Shown in pieces: positions 1 to 11,917 of a stretch of 64,000 nt of DNA. The notes below the pieces were generated by a model. It had not been told where the DNA came from. It saw only the letters and a program-made list of their open reading frames with translations, and made no database searches. The DNA is from Amoebidium appalachense (taxonomy: Eukaryota; Protista; Ichthyosporea). The stretch's first letter is position 1. The number at the start of each line of letters is the position of its first letter. The stretch lies in the NCBI GenBank assembly GCA_963693365.1, contig CAVNZM010000015.1, forward strand, positions 4,657,502 to 4,721,501. The letters run 5' to 3'. Made by a program: the position numbers and the translations under genes.

Positions 1-56
1 TCACACGCATTTTTGCGCTTGCCCTCACACACACACACACACCACACAAAATTACA

Positions 57-117
<61 letters not shown>

Positions 118-121
118 ACAG

Positions 122-313
122 GTTGCCGAGGAACTAGTTAATGAGCTAATGGGCAAACTGCCTTCCACCCCCTTCAGCCACAACAAACGCCCATCAGATG
201 AAATGGTATGCTCTGGTTCTATTTTTCATTGTTACTCAGATTTTTCATGAGATATATGATGGTTATAGCGGGTCTGTGAGTGTGTTAGTGGTGATTATGG
301 AAGTGGAGGTGGT

Positions 314-376
<63 letters not shown>

Positions 377-514
377 ATGTGCGCGTGTGCCCGCGCGTGT
401 TTTGTGCGTGTGTGTGTGTATGTGCGCGCGCTCGTCCGTGTGTAGCGGGTGCGCGCGTCTGTGTGTGTGCGTGTGTGTTGGGGGGGGCAAAGGGGCAAAG
501 GTGGGGGAGGGAGA

Positions 515-560
<46 letters not shown>

Positions 561-2250
561 ACGATATGGTGAGTGTACGATTAGCCGAGGTCTACGTGGG
601 AGTCGTGTCATGGGCCAATCACATGGTGCAGAGAAGAAATATGGCAAGGACCGTGCATGATATGAGGGTAGGAGGGGTGCTGGGAGTGTTGGGTGTGTGT
701 AGGGTTGCTGTATCTGTGACCACTAAGCCTCCCCCCCCCCCCCCCCCCCCAAAAAAAAAAAAAAAAAAAAAGAAAGAAAGAAAGAAAAAAAAAGGGTGGG
801 GGGGGGGGAGGGGAAGGGGGGGGGGGGGGGGGGCTGTGGGTTTAAAGGTCAGATTTGTTTCAAACTCGGAACAACAATTCATTATGCTGTGCTAGTTTTA
901 CTTTTTGTTTCTCCCTCTCACGAGCCTGTGTCCAGCACGTAAACTGTCTTGCAGTGAAATTCGTGCTCTGCCACATACACAACCACACACAAAGACAACC
1001 ACGTATGTTTTTTCACTGTCCGTGTTGGCCTGTTGCAGTAAAAGGGTCTTTCTTGCGCCATTTTCCCTAACCTTCCCATCCCTTCTTCCCCCCCCCCCCC
1101 CCCCCCCCCTTCCCCCTCCCCCTCTCACCTCCAAACACACACCGTGAAAATCTCTCTCCCAGCAACTTATCCACACGCACACATTCACATGTACACCTCC
1201 CTCCCCCCCCCCCCCCCCCCTACCTCCCTCCCTCCCCCCTCCTCCAACCTTCGTTTCTCTTTCGCCCCCTCCTTCCCTTCTCCCCCCCTCAACCCCTCCC
1301 TCAACCCCGTTCGTTTCTCTTTCACCCCTTTCTTCTCTCTCTCTCTCTCTCCCTCCCTCCCTCCCTTCCTCTCTCTCTCTCTCCTCCTCCTCCCCCCCCC
1401 CCATCCCCCCGGCTCTTTATCCCTCCTGCAGCTGTTTGACCAAAAGAACATAAGGCGACGTGTCTACGATGCCCTTAACGTGCTGATGGCGATGGAGATT
1501 ATTACCAAAGATGGAAAGAGCATAAGATGGGTCGGCCTGCCAACAAACGCAACACAGGAGCACAGGCATCTGAGAGTATGTTTAAATTTACACACCTCCC
1601 CCCCCCCCCCCCCCCCCCCCCTTCCTCCCCCTGCCGGTGTCTCTACCTTCTGCACCATAATCACAGAAAGGAGGGGGAAAGGGGGGGGGGGGGGGGAGGG
1701 GGGGGAGGGGGGGGGGGAAGAGGAAAGGAAAAAAGAAAAATGAAACGAGGAAGTAGCTCATTCTCTCCCGTTCCCTCACCGCCTGTTTTGCTCTCGCTCC
1801 CTTTCTCTTCCCCACTATGTTGTCGTTATAGATGCGTACTTAGTACACTGTAGCTCATGTCGAACCAGTCCTCCTCTTATCCAACATAACAGCTTTGCAT
1901 AGTATTCCAGATTAGTCTCTCTCTCTCTCTCTGTCCCCCCCCCCCCCCCCCCCCCCCCCCCACCCACCCCTCGTCTCGCCGTGTGTGTGTGCACGTGCGC
2001 ACTCGTGTGTCTGTCCCACCTCTATCTGTCTGTGTCTAGGGGTTAGGAGGAGAAACTTTGCACACACCACATGTGTGTGTACAGTCATGAGATTCCTGAA
2101 CCGTGTATGTGTGTGTGGACGTGTACGGTGTATGTGAATGTGCTTGTGCTGTTGAAAACGTAATGCTTTCGGAAGGGTAGATAAGAGCATGATGCTTTTG
2201 AATCAAAGGACAGGCAACCAGCGGGGAGGTGGCGTGGGTTTGGTTTTTTT

Positions 2251-2286
<36 letters not shown>

Positions 2287-2848
2287 GGGGACGGGGTGGG
2301 TGGGGGGGGGGGGGGGAGGGGGATAAAGCACATCAGATATGAGAATAAAAATGTCTGCACGAGTGAAGGGTGGGAGAGAGAGGGGAAAGGGAGGGTGGAT
2401 GGGGTGGGGTGTGGGGATGGGGGGGGGGGAGGGGGGAGGAGGGAAGGGGCGGTGGGAGACATGTCGGAGATATACGAGAAAGAGATCCGTGGATGAATAA
2501 AGGGTGGGAGCTTGTACTTATGTGGCTGATGTGATTCCAAAGGAGGAGAAGAGGTTACGTCAGGAGAGGGTGAGGAAGAAGAGAGAACACCTGTATGAGC
2601 TAATACTGCAGGTGGGTGCATGTGCATGCACCTGTGCAATCCATGCCAACCTATCACTCACGCACACGTGCAATGCATGCACACACACGTTCACACACAT
2701 GTTCAATACATGCAGACATACGAGCACACCCATGTGCATTACATTCACACATCCGTGCAATACATGCACACATACCATGCTTGCATCTTTTTTTTTTGCT
2801 AGGTGAAAAAGATGATTGTCAACTTCAGAGAGACATATGATGTGCGGT

Positions 2849-2880
<32 letters not shown>

Positions 2881-3010
2881 TGTAGTTTACATCTCAACTT
2901 CCATGTTTTGCCACACACTCCTAATACATATACCCCCCCCCCCCCCCTTTTTTTTTTTTTTTTTTTGGGTATCTCAACTTCCAATGTTTTGCCACACTCC
3001 TAGCACATAT

Positions 3011-3041
<31 letters not shown>

Positions 3042-3223
3042 TTTAGTTTTTTGGGTATCTCAACTTCCATGTTTTGCCCCACTCCTAACACACATATTCT
3101 CCCCCCCCCCCCCCCTCTTTCTGCAGCAACTGACGTTCAAGAATCTGATTGCACGAAACCGCAATCAGGCCACAACTACTCGGATGGATACCACACACTG
3201 TATACAGGTGACCATTTACCCCC

Positions 3224-3277
<54 letters not shown>

Positions 3278-3556
3278 ACGCACGCGCGCACACACACACA
3301 TGCACACATGCACACACACACACACACAAAATGCGAGATACATGGATCAAACTCTGGGGCTTGCCCCCCCCCCCCCCCCCCCCCCCATCCCCATTTGGAG
3401 AACGGGCCCTACTTATGATGTACACGTTTTGTGTTCTAAAGCCCTGCATATGTTGTCTTGTGTATTTGTATACCTCATTCTCTGCACACATCCCCCCCCC
3501 CCCCCCCCCCCATGCTTCTCATCGTGTATGCGTACTTCGTACCGTGTTCCGCATTC

Positions 3557-3591
<35 letters not shown>

Positions 3592-4809
3592 TACCCACCC
3601 ACCCACCCATCTCCGGGGGGGCCGTCCTCCCTCCTCCTGATCACTTCGTATTTTTGACACTACTCTTGCAAGTATACACACATACAAGCAAAGGTGCATG
3701 GACTCGCGCACACACAATGCTCAAGCAAGCAAGCCACACGTTCCCAGGGCTTATGCATGCACACACATCAAAAGAGACACGTACGTCAGAGGATAAAGGG
3801 AACACACACAGTATCCCACCTTTATATACCAAACACTTCATTTTGCGGATTGCGCGTCCACGTTGTTCATGTGCAAGGTAATGTGTTTATATTCGCAAAC
3901 AATGCCTTTGCCATTATTCTGCTCTCTTTTCAACCCCCCCCCCCCTCCTCCTCCAATCCATTGGAGTGGGTTCCTGTCTGTGTGGTGTATTTCAGGTCAT
4001 ATGGGGGTGAGCTCTCCATTCGGTTCTAGACTTATTAGAAATCAGTCGAGCAGGTTAAGTGTAACATACAATCTGTGAGGTTTACTCCTGACCGAACGCG
4101 CATTAATTGCTCGCCTCCCCCCCCCCTTCTTCCCTCTTCACACACACACACACACACAGCTGCCGTACATCTTGGTACGAGCCCCACCAACAGCCCAAGT
4201 TGAATGTGAAATGGCCGAGGATGGGTACCCCCCCCCCCCCCCCCCACGCGAACCCTTTTCTTTCCTCCATGCCACCACAGCGCACATGAGCACACCCGCA
4301 CACATAAACACATGCATGTGCACTCACACACACACACGCACGCACGCACAAACACACACAAGCACACACAATGCTTCCATCCCCCCTTCGTTTCACCCCC
4401 TCCAGCTTTAGCTTTTTTCCAACGTTCTACACTTTCCACGTGTGCTCAATAAAAAACCTTTACTTCGGCTCTAATCTGCTCCTCCCCTTTAACCAATCTA
4501 ATTTTTTCTTGTCTTATCGCCTTGTGAGCCCCCCTCCCCCCTCCCCCCTTTTCTCCCCACCACCCCCACCCACCCACCCACCCACCTGCTGTCCCAGGTG
4601 TTGCCTGCTTACACTGTGTTTTTTCTGTTTCCGTTGCAATACTTGGACACATACACTCCATTTTGTTGCCGATCAGGGTGCAGTGTTAACCACTATCCCC
4701 ACCCCCCTCCCCCTCCCCCCACCCCCCTCCCCTCCCTGCAAATGTGCTGTGAACAACGATCTAACCATGTCTCCCTACCCCAGGTTCTCCCCCCCCCCCC
4801 CCCCCAAAA

Positions 4810-4895
<86 letters not shown>

Positions 4896-5247
4896 AGCAC
4901 CGAGTATTTCTTCGACCTCGGGCAGTCATTTGAAGTACATGATGAGATCGAAGTCTTGAAGAGGATGGGCCTGGCTTATGGGCTGGAGCGCAGGCAGTGT
5001 ACGCCTGAAAATTTGGTCCGCGCCAGAAATTTGGTCCCTGCACCCGTACTGAAATACCTCGAGGGTAAGGGTGTCGTGCCCAATAACACATAATACACTA
5101 AAACAGGCAAAAACACTCTTGCAGACACATGCTCACAAGTGCACACATACGCACATGCATGCATGTACGCACGCATGGCCCACACGCAGGCGCGTACTCA
5201 CATATACACACATACGGGCTCGCGCGCGCACACACACACACAAACAT

Positions 5248-5317
<70 letters not shown>

Positions 5318-5382
5318 CACACACACACAAATACACACAGCTAATATGCAAACCCCCACATGCGCGTGCGCACATACAAATG

Positions 5383-5430
<48 letters not shown>

Positions 5431-5610
5431 TGAATAAGGCATGTGTTGAATGCTGTCGTGTGTCAATTTTTCATGTCACGATATCTCGTCCATAGTTCAC
5501 TCTTGTGGCAGAAATTCGCATTTTGTGCTTCCCTCCGCATTCTTGGCACCCCCCCAACCCCCACCCACTCACCCCTCTCACCCATCATACGCTTGTGTGT
5601 GTGCACGTGT

Positions 5611-5708
<98 letters not shown>

Positions 5709-5882
5709 TTATTCAGCTTATCTCAGGCGTGTATTTGTTTTTCCATGAAAGCAGGAAGGAGCGAAAGAGTGAAATGCTGAAATTGGAGTATATGTTTGTT
5801 TGCTTTTGGGCAAGATCTTGCACCTGGGGGCTTGTTTATTGATACCCACAAACTTTTTGCGTGCACACGCCTGGTAACTAAC

Positions 5883-5945
<63 letters not shown>

Positions 5946-6251
5946 TGGCCGGCGTGAGACAGATATCCAGCCTCCTGCAAGGCCCAGACGATGAAGACGG
6001 AAGTGAATTCCTCGAGGAAAAAGCAAGAGACACGAACGAGGATGTGACAGTATTGGAAAGTGGGGAGGGAGATTTTGAAGAGGAGGAATATGGGGAAGGA
6101 GTGGGCGGTGGGGATCCCGATATGGAAGGAGAGGCAGAGAAACGAGAGGGAGGGGAGGTGGGAGGGTTTGTGCAAGAACATGAGGAGGATATATTGTTGG
6201 ATAATGGAGACGGGTGAGTGGCCGTTCTCTCTCCCTCTCTCTCTCTATCTA

Positions 6252-6326
<75 letters not shown>

Positions 6327-6458
6327 GCGTGTGTGTGTGCGGTGTGGTGGGGGTATGGGGGTGGAGGTGGAGGTGGAGGTGGGGGGGCCAGGGTGGGGGG
6401 GGGGTGGAGGAGTATGGCTGAGAGTGTGTGTGTGTGTGTGTGTGTGCATGTGTGTGTG

Positions 6459-6499
<41 letters not shown>

Positions 6500-6960
6500 G
6501 TGTCAACTCGCGTGCGCGTGTGTGTGTGCATGCGTACCTGCTCGTCCTCCTGTGCCCCCCCACCTCACGGCTCCCCCCTTCCCCCCTTTTCCCTGAACCC
6601 TCCATTCCCTCGTTTTGCAACGACGGTGTATGGAAAGACTCCGTAGATCACCAATGGCATGTTGTGTGTGGGTGTCGGTGACAGCGCTGTGCGGTTGTGT
6701 ATGTGCATGCATGTGTGTGCCTGTGTGCCTGTGTGTGCATGCGTGTGTGTGTGTGTGTATGTATGCATGCATGTGTGTGTGCATGCATGCATGTGCGTGC
6801 GCCTGTGTGCGTGCATGTATGTTGGTGTACATGTGTGTGTTCGGGCCCGGGAAGGAGAAGAAGGGGGGAGGGGGGGGATGGCCGGACAGGCAGTCTGTCT
6901 TGAAGGTGCGAACTGATTCTGGAACAATCCATGTGCAGGTTTGACAGTCTGGACCTGTAG
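122..6960 (+). CDS. TFDP: DP family transcription factor (E2F dimerisation partner), 5'-partial; exons 122-205, 1432-1575, 2543-2611, 3127-3207, 4160-4224, 4898-5064, 5943-6213, probable last exon 6939-6960
   Basis: Spliced translation VAEELVNEL...|[40 protein letters not shown]...|[23 protein letters not shown]|[11 protein letters not shown]...|LPYILV...|[29 protein letters not shown]...|acidic tail. Contains the DP DEF-box [14 protein letters not shown]; all junctions GT-AG and in phase. The C-terminus could alternatively stop at TGA 6215-6217. Confidence 0.95.
2881..3126 (+). repeat. Three tandem copies of a ~45-bp unit (ATCTCAACTTCCATGTTTTGCCACACACTCCTAATACATAT), each followed by poly-C, at the 3' end of a DP intron
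   Basis: Copies begin near 2889, 2970 and 3056; the last carries CTAAC upstream of the CAG acceptor at 3124-3126. Confidence 0.85.
3390..3558 (+). mobile_element. Degenerate copies of the intronic dispersed element (family A)
   Basis: CGTGTATGCGTACTTCGTACCGTGTTCCGCATTCAA+polyC at ~3523-3558 matches ~33340-33377; an older copy precedes it. Confidence 0.7.
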
Positions 6961-7737
6961 CTAGGCAACAGCCAATGGCTGCCAAGCATCAGACACACCC
7001 ACCTGCCTATTTTGGCCATGCTGCTACATGCCATGGTTTTTTTTTATTTATTTTTTTCTCCCTTTCCGAAGCCCCCCTCCCCCCCCCCCTCCCCCGCTGC
7101 CCCCCGAAACCCGGGGAGGCCTAAACCCCAACACACATGCCAAGGTCGGACTTGGCACACATGTGTGTGAATGGACACACACTCTCTTTCCCTTTCCCCC
7201 TCCCTCCTTCATCTCTCCTCCCACTCTCAAATGCATCTGCTTGGGTGTGCAGCATACACACATACACGCACTCGTGCACACACGCAACACGCCTGCGCAA
7301 ATACCGTTGACATGCAATTTTATTATCCCCTCCCTTATGTAATTGTATGCTACTTGTAAGGCTTTCGGTTTTTTTTTTTCGTTTTTTTTGTTTTTTTTGT
7401 TTTGTTTTTTTTTGGGGGGGGGGGGGGAGGGGGAGGGGGAGGAACGGGACTTGTGATGGTATTAAAGTTATTGATTCGAATGTAATAGTATTATATGCAT
7501 GAACGAATAATCATATGTCGAAAGAAATGGCTGGCAACAACAACGACGTCATAACCAATAGGTTGTCTTGTTTAAAGTTTTATCAAGAAGAAAAACAGGT
7601 GGCATTAAGAATTATACTTCAGTGTAAATTCGTCTACTGGTGCCTGGCACTTGGTGGCCATGAATGGAAAGCATCGAGAGACAATAAGGTCGAGTGATGA
7701 TTATAAAAAACTCAAAACAACACTTGCAGCATATATC

Positions 7738-7778
<41 letters not shown>

Positions 7779-8416
7779 TCCCCCTCCCACCTGTCTCTCT
7801 CTCTCGATCGAGGTCTCCTTCCCTCCCCGAGGCTCCCGTCTCCTCCCTCCCCCTCCCCCCGGCTCCCTCCTCTCTCTCTCTTTCTCCCTCTCCCTCTCTC
7901 CCTCTCTCTCTCTCTCTCTCTAGACTCTCTCTCTCTCTCTCTCTCGCTCCCCTCCCCCCTCTCCCCTCGTTCTCTTCCCCAATCCCCCCTCGCTTCCTCC
8001 TTCCCCGTTCATATCTTCCCCCCCCCCCCTGCCCCAACATCTAGGGCGGAAAATGGTTAAAACTTTTTAGAAAGTTGAAGCTTTCCTGGGAAAATTTCAC
8101 CTTGGGTGCATATCATCCACTCATGCACTACATGCACACACGTGAATGTACACGCATCGATTGCCATACTACATACCACCTGCACAACCCACGGGCGGCA
8201 ACATCATTCCGCATGGTCAGTGCACGTACAGCAAGAAAGTACTAAGACAAGAAAAAAAAAAGTGATAAACCCAGAACAGCAATAAGTTGTTAGCCTCTTA
8301 TTTAATTATAAAGCTACGACAAGCCGTACGTTATAAGATCGCGTGTGTGACGGATTTTTAAATTTTAACGAGAGAAAGTTAGAAAGGGGGGGGGGGGAAG
8401 GGGGGCCGGGGGAGCA

Positions 8417-8474
<58 letters not shown>

Positions 8475-8631
8475 AGAGAGAGGGAGGGAGGGAAGGAGGG
8501 AGGGAGAGGGGGGGGGGAGAGGAAGGGAGGGAGAGAGGGAAGGAGAGTGGGAGAGAGAGAGAAAGAGCAGAAACCAGCGGAAGGTGTTTCAAAGAGTTCG
8601 TTGCTTGTGTTTTGTTGCTGTGATTTCTGGG

Positions 8632-8765
8632 CCGCCTTTTTCTTTTTCAATTCGGCTTAATGGATTCTCATGATAGGAATGTGCAAATAAGTTCAGTACC
8701 GCCTTTTTCTTTTTCAATTCGGCTTAATGGATTCTCATGATAGGAATGTGCAAATAAGTTCAGTA
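8632..8765. repeat. Exact 67-bp tandem duplication
   Basis: CCGCCTTTTTCTTTTTCAATTCGGCTTAATGGATTCTCATGATAGGAATGTGCAAATAAGTTCAGTA at 8632-8698 and 8699-8765. Confidence 0.95.
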
Positions 8766-9137
8766 AAAGGAGTGGTGGAGGGGGGAGGGGCGGAGGGGTG
8801 GGGGGTGGGGGTGGGGGGGGGCGGGGTCCGGAGGGAGGGGATTGAAAGCTTCACCATCACCGGCCGAGCCTCGGTTGAAATAAAGGTCTGGGATGGGGAT
8901 ACGGGGTTCTCTGACGCCTGCACAGAAAAGTAGGGACTGCATGGGGGGGGGGGGGGGGGGGGGAGGAGGGGGGAGGGGAGCGAACGGGAAAGGAGGGGAG
9001 GGGGAGGGGGAGAGGGGGGAGGGGGGGGGGGGGGGCAGGCCCGTGTGTGCATACGCGTGGGGGAAGCGGGCAGCACATGTGTCATGCATATGATTATGCT
9101 GCAACGGTGTTAGTGTGTGCTGAGTTGAATGGATCTA

Positions 9138-9179
<42 letters not shown>

Positions 9180-9840
9180 GTGTCTATATCTGTACTTTAT
9201 TAGGTTTGTGCATGTGTGTGTGCACCTAACGGGGTCACGGTGTGCGTTGTGTTAGCCTGCAGTGTACATACAGAGAGACAGTCACAAAACTAATATGTAC
9301 ACCACTCGCGGCACACGAGAGCCTCAGGACGTTGTACGCTTCATATGCACAAGCACACGGCGCGCTCGCATTTACACCTAGTCACATTCACTGGTGTGCA
9401 CGAGTGTATAGCATGACCGCGCGCAAATTTAACATATTTTACGCGTGCACACATACAAGGCCTCATGTGTGTGTCCGTGTGCGTGTGCGTGTGCGTGTGC
9501 ACGCGCATGTGTGTGTGTGTGGTGGTGGTGGTAGTGGCGGCGGCGGCGGCGGCGACGGCGGCGGTGGTGGTGGTAGTGGTGGTGGTGGTGGTGGTGGTGG
9601 TGGTGGTGGTGGTGGTGGTGGTGGTGGGGGAGGGGGGGGAAGGGGACCGCCATGGGTGTATTACGTACCTTTTTTAGACCATATACGTTATATCGATGGC
9701 ACGTGCAAGACTCTGGGCCCCTGACCTGGCTTAGTATTGTGCCCGGGAAGCCCCTCGGGTTGGGTACAACTAGGTGGGTGGGTGGAAGGGTGGTGGTGGT
9801 GGTGGTGGTGGTGGTGGTGGTGGTGGTGTTTTTTTTTTTT

Positions 9841-9888
<48 letters not shown>

Positions 9889-10068
9889 GGGGGAGGTCCC
9901 AACAGCATAAACATTTATAAATCCAACGCCTACAAATGGAGGGCCTTGCCCGCCCATATGCGTATGGTCTAGTCTAAAACCGGTCGTATAATGCTGTTGA
10001 GGTTTCGTCAAAAACGTAAGACACTGACTTTTTCCGAGTTATTTACTCGCAATCAAGGATCCCCTGCA

Positions 10069-10720
10069 ACTTGCTTCATCAATCAACCACTTAGTACTGC
10101 TGTATACTTCGTCAACGGCTTTTTTAGTTACTGTAATTGATTTTCTAGGCCACATACTTCGACACACCACAATTTTATAATTCTACTCGTACTAATACTC
10201 TTGCGAACCATTCCGATATGATAATGAATTAAATTATTTACTACATACTTCGTCAGCTACTTCCATAATTGATCTACTGATTAATTCGCCAACCACCTAA
10301 ATAATTAATCAACTACATACTTCGTCAACAAGGCATACACATATTAGTCTATTATTTACTTAAGCTTCGTACGCGTCAACCTGTCCACTAACATAAGCGA
10401 CCTACTGCATACTTCGTGAGCCACGTATGTACTTAAGTCTACTAAACTTTCGTAAGCCACAATCTATGTGCTACATACTTCGTCAACAACCACAAAAATT
10501 AGTCTACTACGTACTTCGACGGCCATTTAGACTTATTCTACTAGACATACCTCTTCAACCAGTTAACCTCAGGCTACATTGCTTCGTCGACCACTTAATC
10601 TCATAAGTTGCATACCATTTCTAGTACTTATTACTACATACTTCGTCAACCGTTGCACTTCGTCTACTTCAAAACTAACCATTTACAATAATAATAATAA
10701 TTTCAATACATACTTAGCAA
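10069..10720. repeat. Degenerate minisatellite, ~16-18 units of roughly 30-45 bp, core CTACATACTTCGTCAAC
   Basis: TACTTCG(T/A) cores at about 10105, 10155, 10246, 10318, 10410, 10476, 10512, 10639 with decayed units between them. Confidence 0.85.
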
Positions 10721-10861
10721 TTAATAGCGCAAATACCGCTGAGTGTCTTTCAAAAGTGGACTGAAAAATAATAATTTTACTCTGTGGACCAACACCGCGA
10801 CTGCCAAACTGATATATAGTGCTGGAACTTGTGAAGGCAACACTGTATCGGGCACATCGCT

Positions 10862-11917
10862 TCAGAAAACTTTAATTCCAATATTCGGACACGTGCACTC
10901 TGAGAGCGTTAAAGTGGCCGCGGTGTTATCCAGCCAATCCAAAAGGAGCCTGTTGTCTGCGACGATGGGCAGTGGTGCACGTGGTGTTTCCATTTCGAGC
11001 AAACTGTCAATGGGAGAGTTTTCTTTCCATAGAAAAAGGCTTTCAACCATGTCTGTGCCAAGTGCAACTAGGGGGTCATTTGTAGAGCCCTGTGTGGTAG
11101 AGGTGTTGGCAATGATTGGCGAATATGTCATAGCTTTGAACTGTTCAACGGTTGAAAGACGTTCTGCTAAGGGACTATCATAATTATCGAAAAACTCGGT
11201 GGTGGTGCCTGGGATTTGCAGTAGTGAATGTAGCTGTGGTGTAAGACACCCGTAGTTTTCGGTGGCTGGCCATGTGCATGGAGCACTCATTGCGCTTATT
11301 ATTATTGCAGCGTCATTTTCTGCGCCGTCTCTCCAGATTCCAAGCGGTGAAGCCTGAGGTGTGGGTGTTGGGGTGGGTGCGCATGTGAGCGATAAATTCA
11401 GTAGAATTTCCTCAACGACTTCCAGCAAAGGTTCGGGAGGATTTACAACTTCTGCCCCGGAAGATACGGGAATAATAGAGTCACAAACGTGCATAGGCGG
11501 GACGGAGAAAAGCTGTGGTAATGATGAAAGGTTAGCGCACGGGCCCCATATTGGCGTGGTGCACGAAAAGCTCGTGTACATGTCAGTATCGCTGTTGTTA
11601 TAACCCCAGTCTCTGTGTGAAACTTTTCGAACAGATTGTCTCCGTTTTCCTGCACGTTCCGAGTGGGGCGTCTGGAGGTTGTTGTGTGCCTGCCTGTGGT
11701 GCTGCCTGCGTGTGTGCTCGTTGCGGTATCTCTTGCTGCACCCTGCAAACAGGCACGGGTACTTGAGGTGGTGTGTTGTTTTTCTCGTGCCTGCTTTGCC
11801 AATAGGTCTTGCACGGTGTTGTGTTTGGTTTATTTGTATGGGACGTGGTGCTATGGAGATTGTTCGAAAAGAGGACGCATTTGATAAATTTGACGGCGAG
11901 ACTGAACAAGTCCTCAT
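10862..11917 (-). CDS. Intronless 351-aa ORF with one C2H2 zinc finger, putative transcription factor
   Basis: Non-repetitive ORF; YPCLFAGCSKRYRNEHTRRQHHRQAH = C-x4-C-x12-H-x4-H at ~11684-11761, then a basic stretch and a S/T/P/acidic region. An upstream exon cannot be excluded. Confidence 0.75.
   Translation of the reverse strand: MRTCSVSPSNLSNASSFRTISIAPRPIQINQTQHRARPIGKAGTRKTTHHLKYPCLFAGCSKRYRNEHTRRQHHRQAHNNLQTPHSERAGKRRQSVRKVSHRDWGYNNSDTDMYTSFSCTTPIWGPCANLSSLPQLFSVPPMHVCDSIIPVSSGAEVVNPPEPLLEVVEEILLNLSLTCAPTPTPTPQASPLGIWRDGAENDAAIIISAMSAPCTWPATENYGCLTPQLHSLLQIPGTTTEFFDNYDSPLAERLSTVEQFKAMTYSPIIANTSTTQGSTNDPLVALGTDMVESLFLWKENSPIDSLLEMETPRAPLPIVADNRLLLDWLDNTAATLTLSECTCPNIGIKVF

Noticed and set aside
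10069-10720. CRISPR array
   Set aside because: Repeats are degenerate, linkers are short and partly similar to one another, no cas genes are present and the context is eukaryotic.
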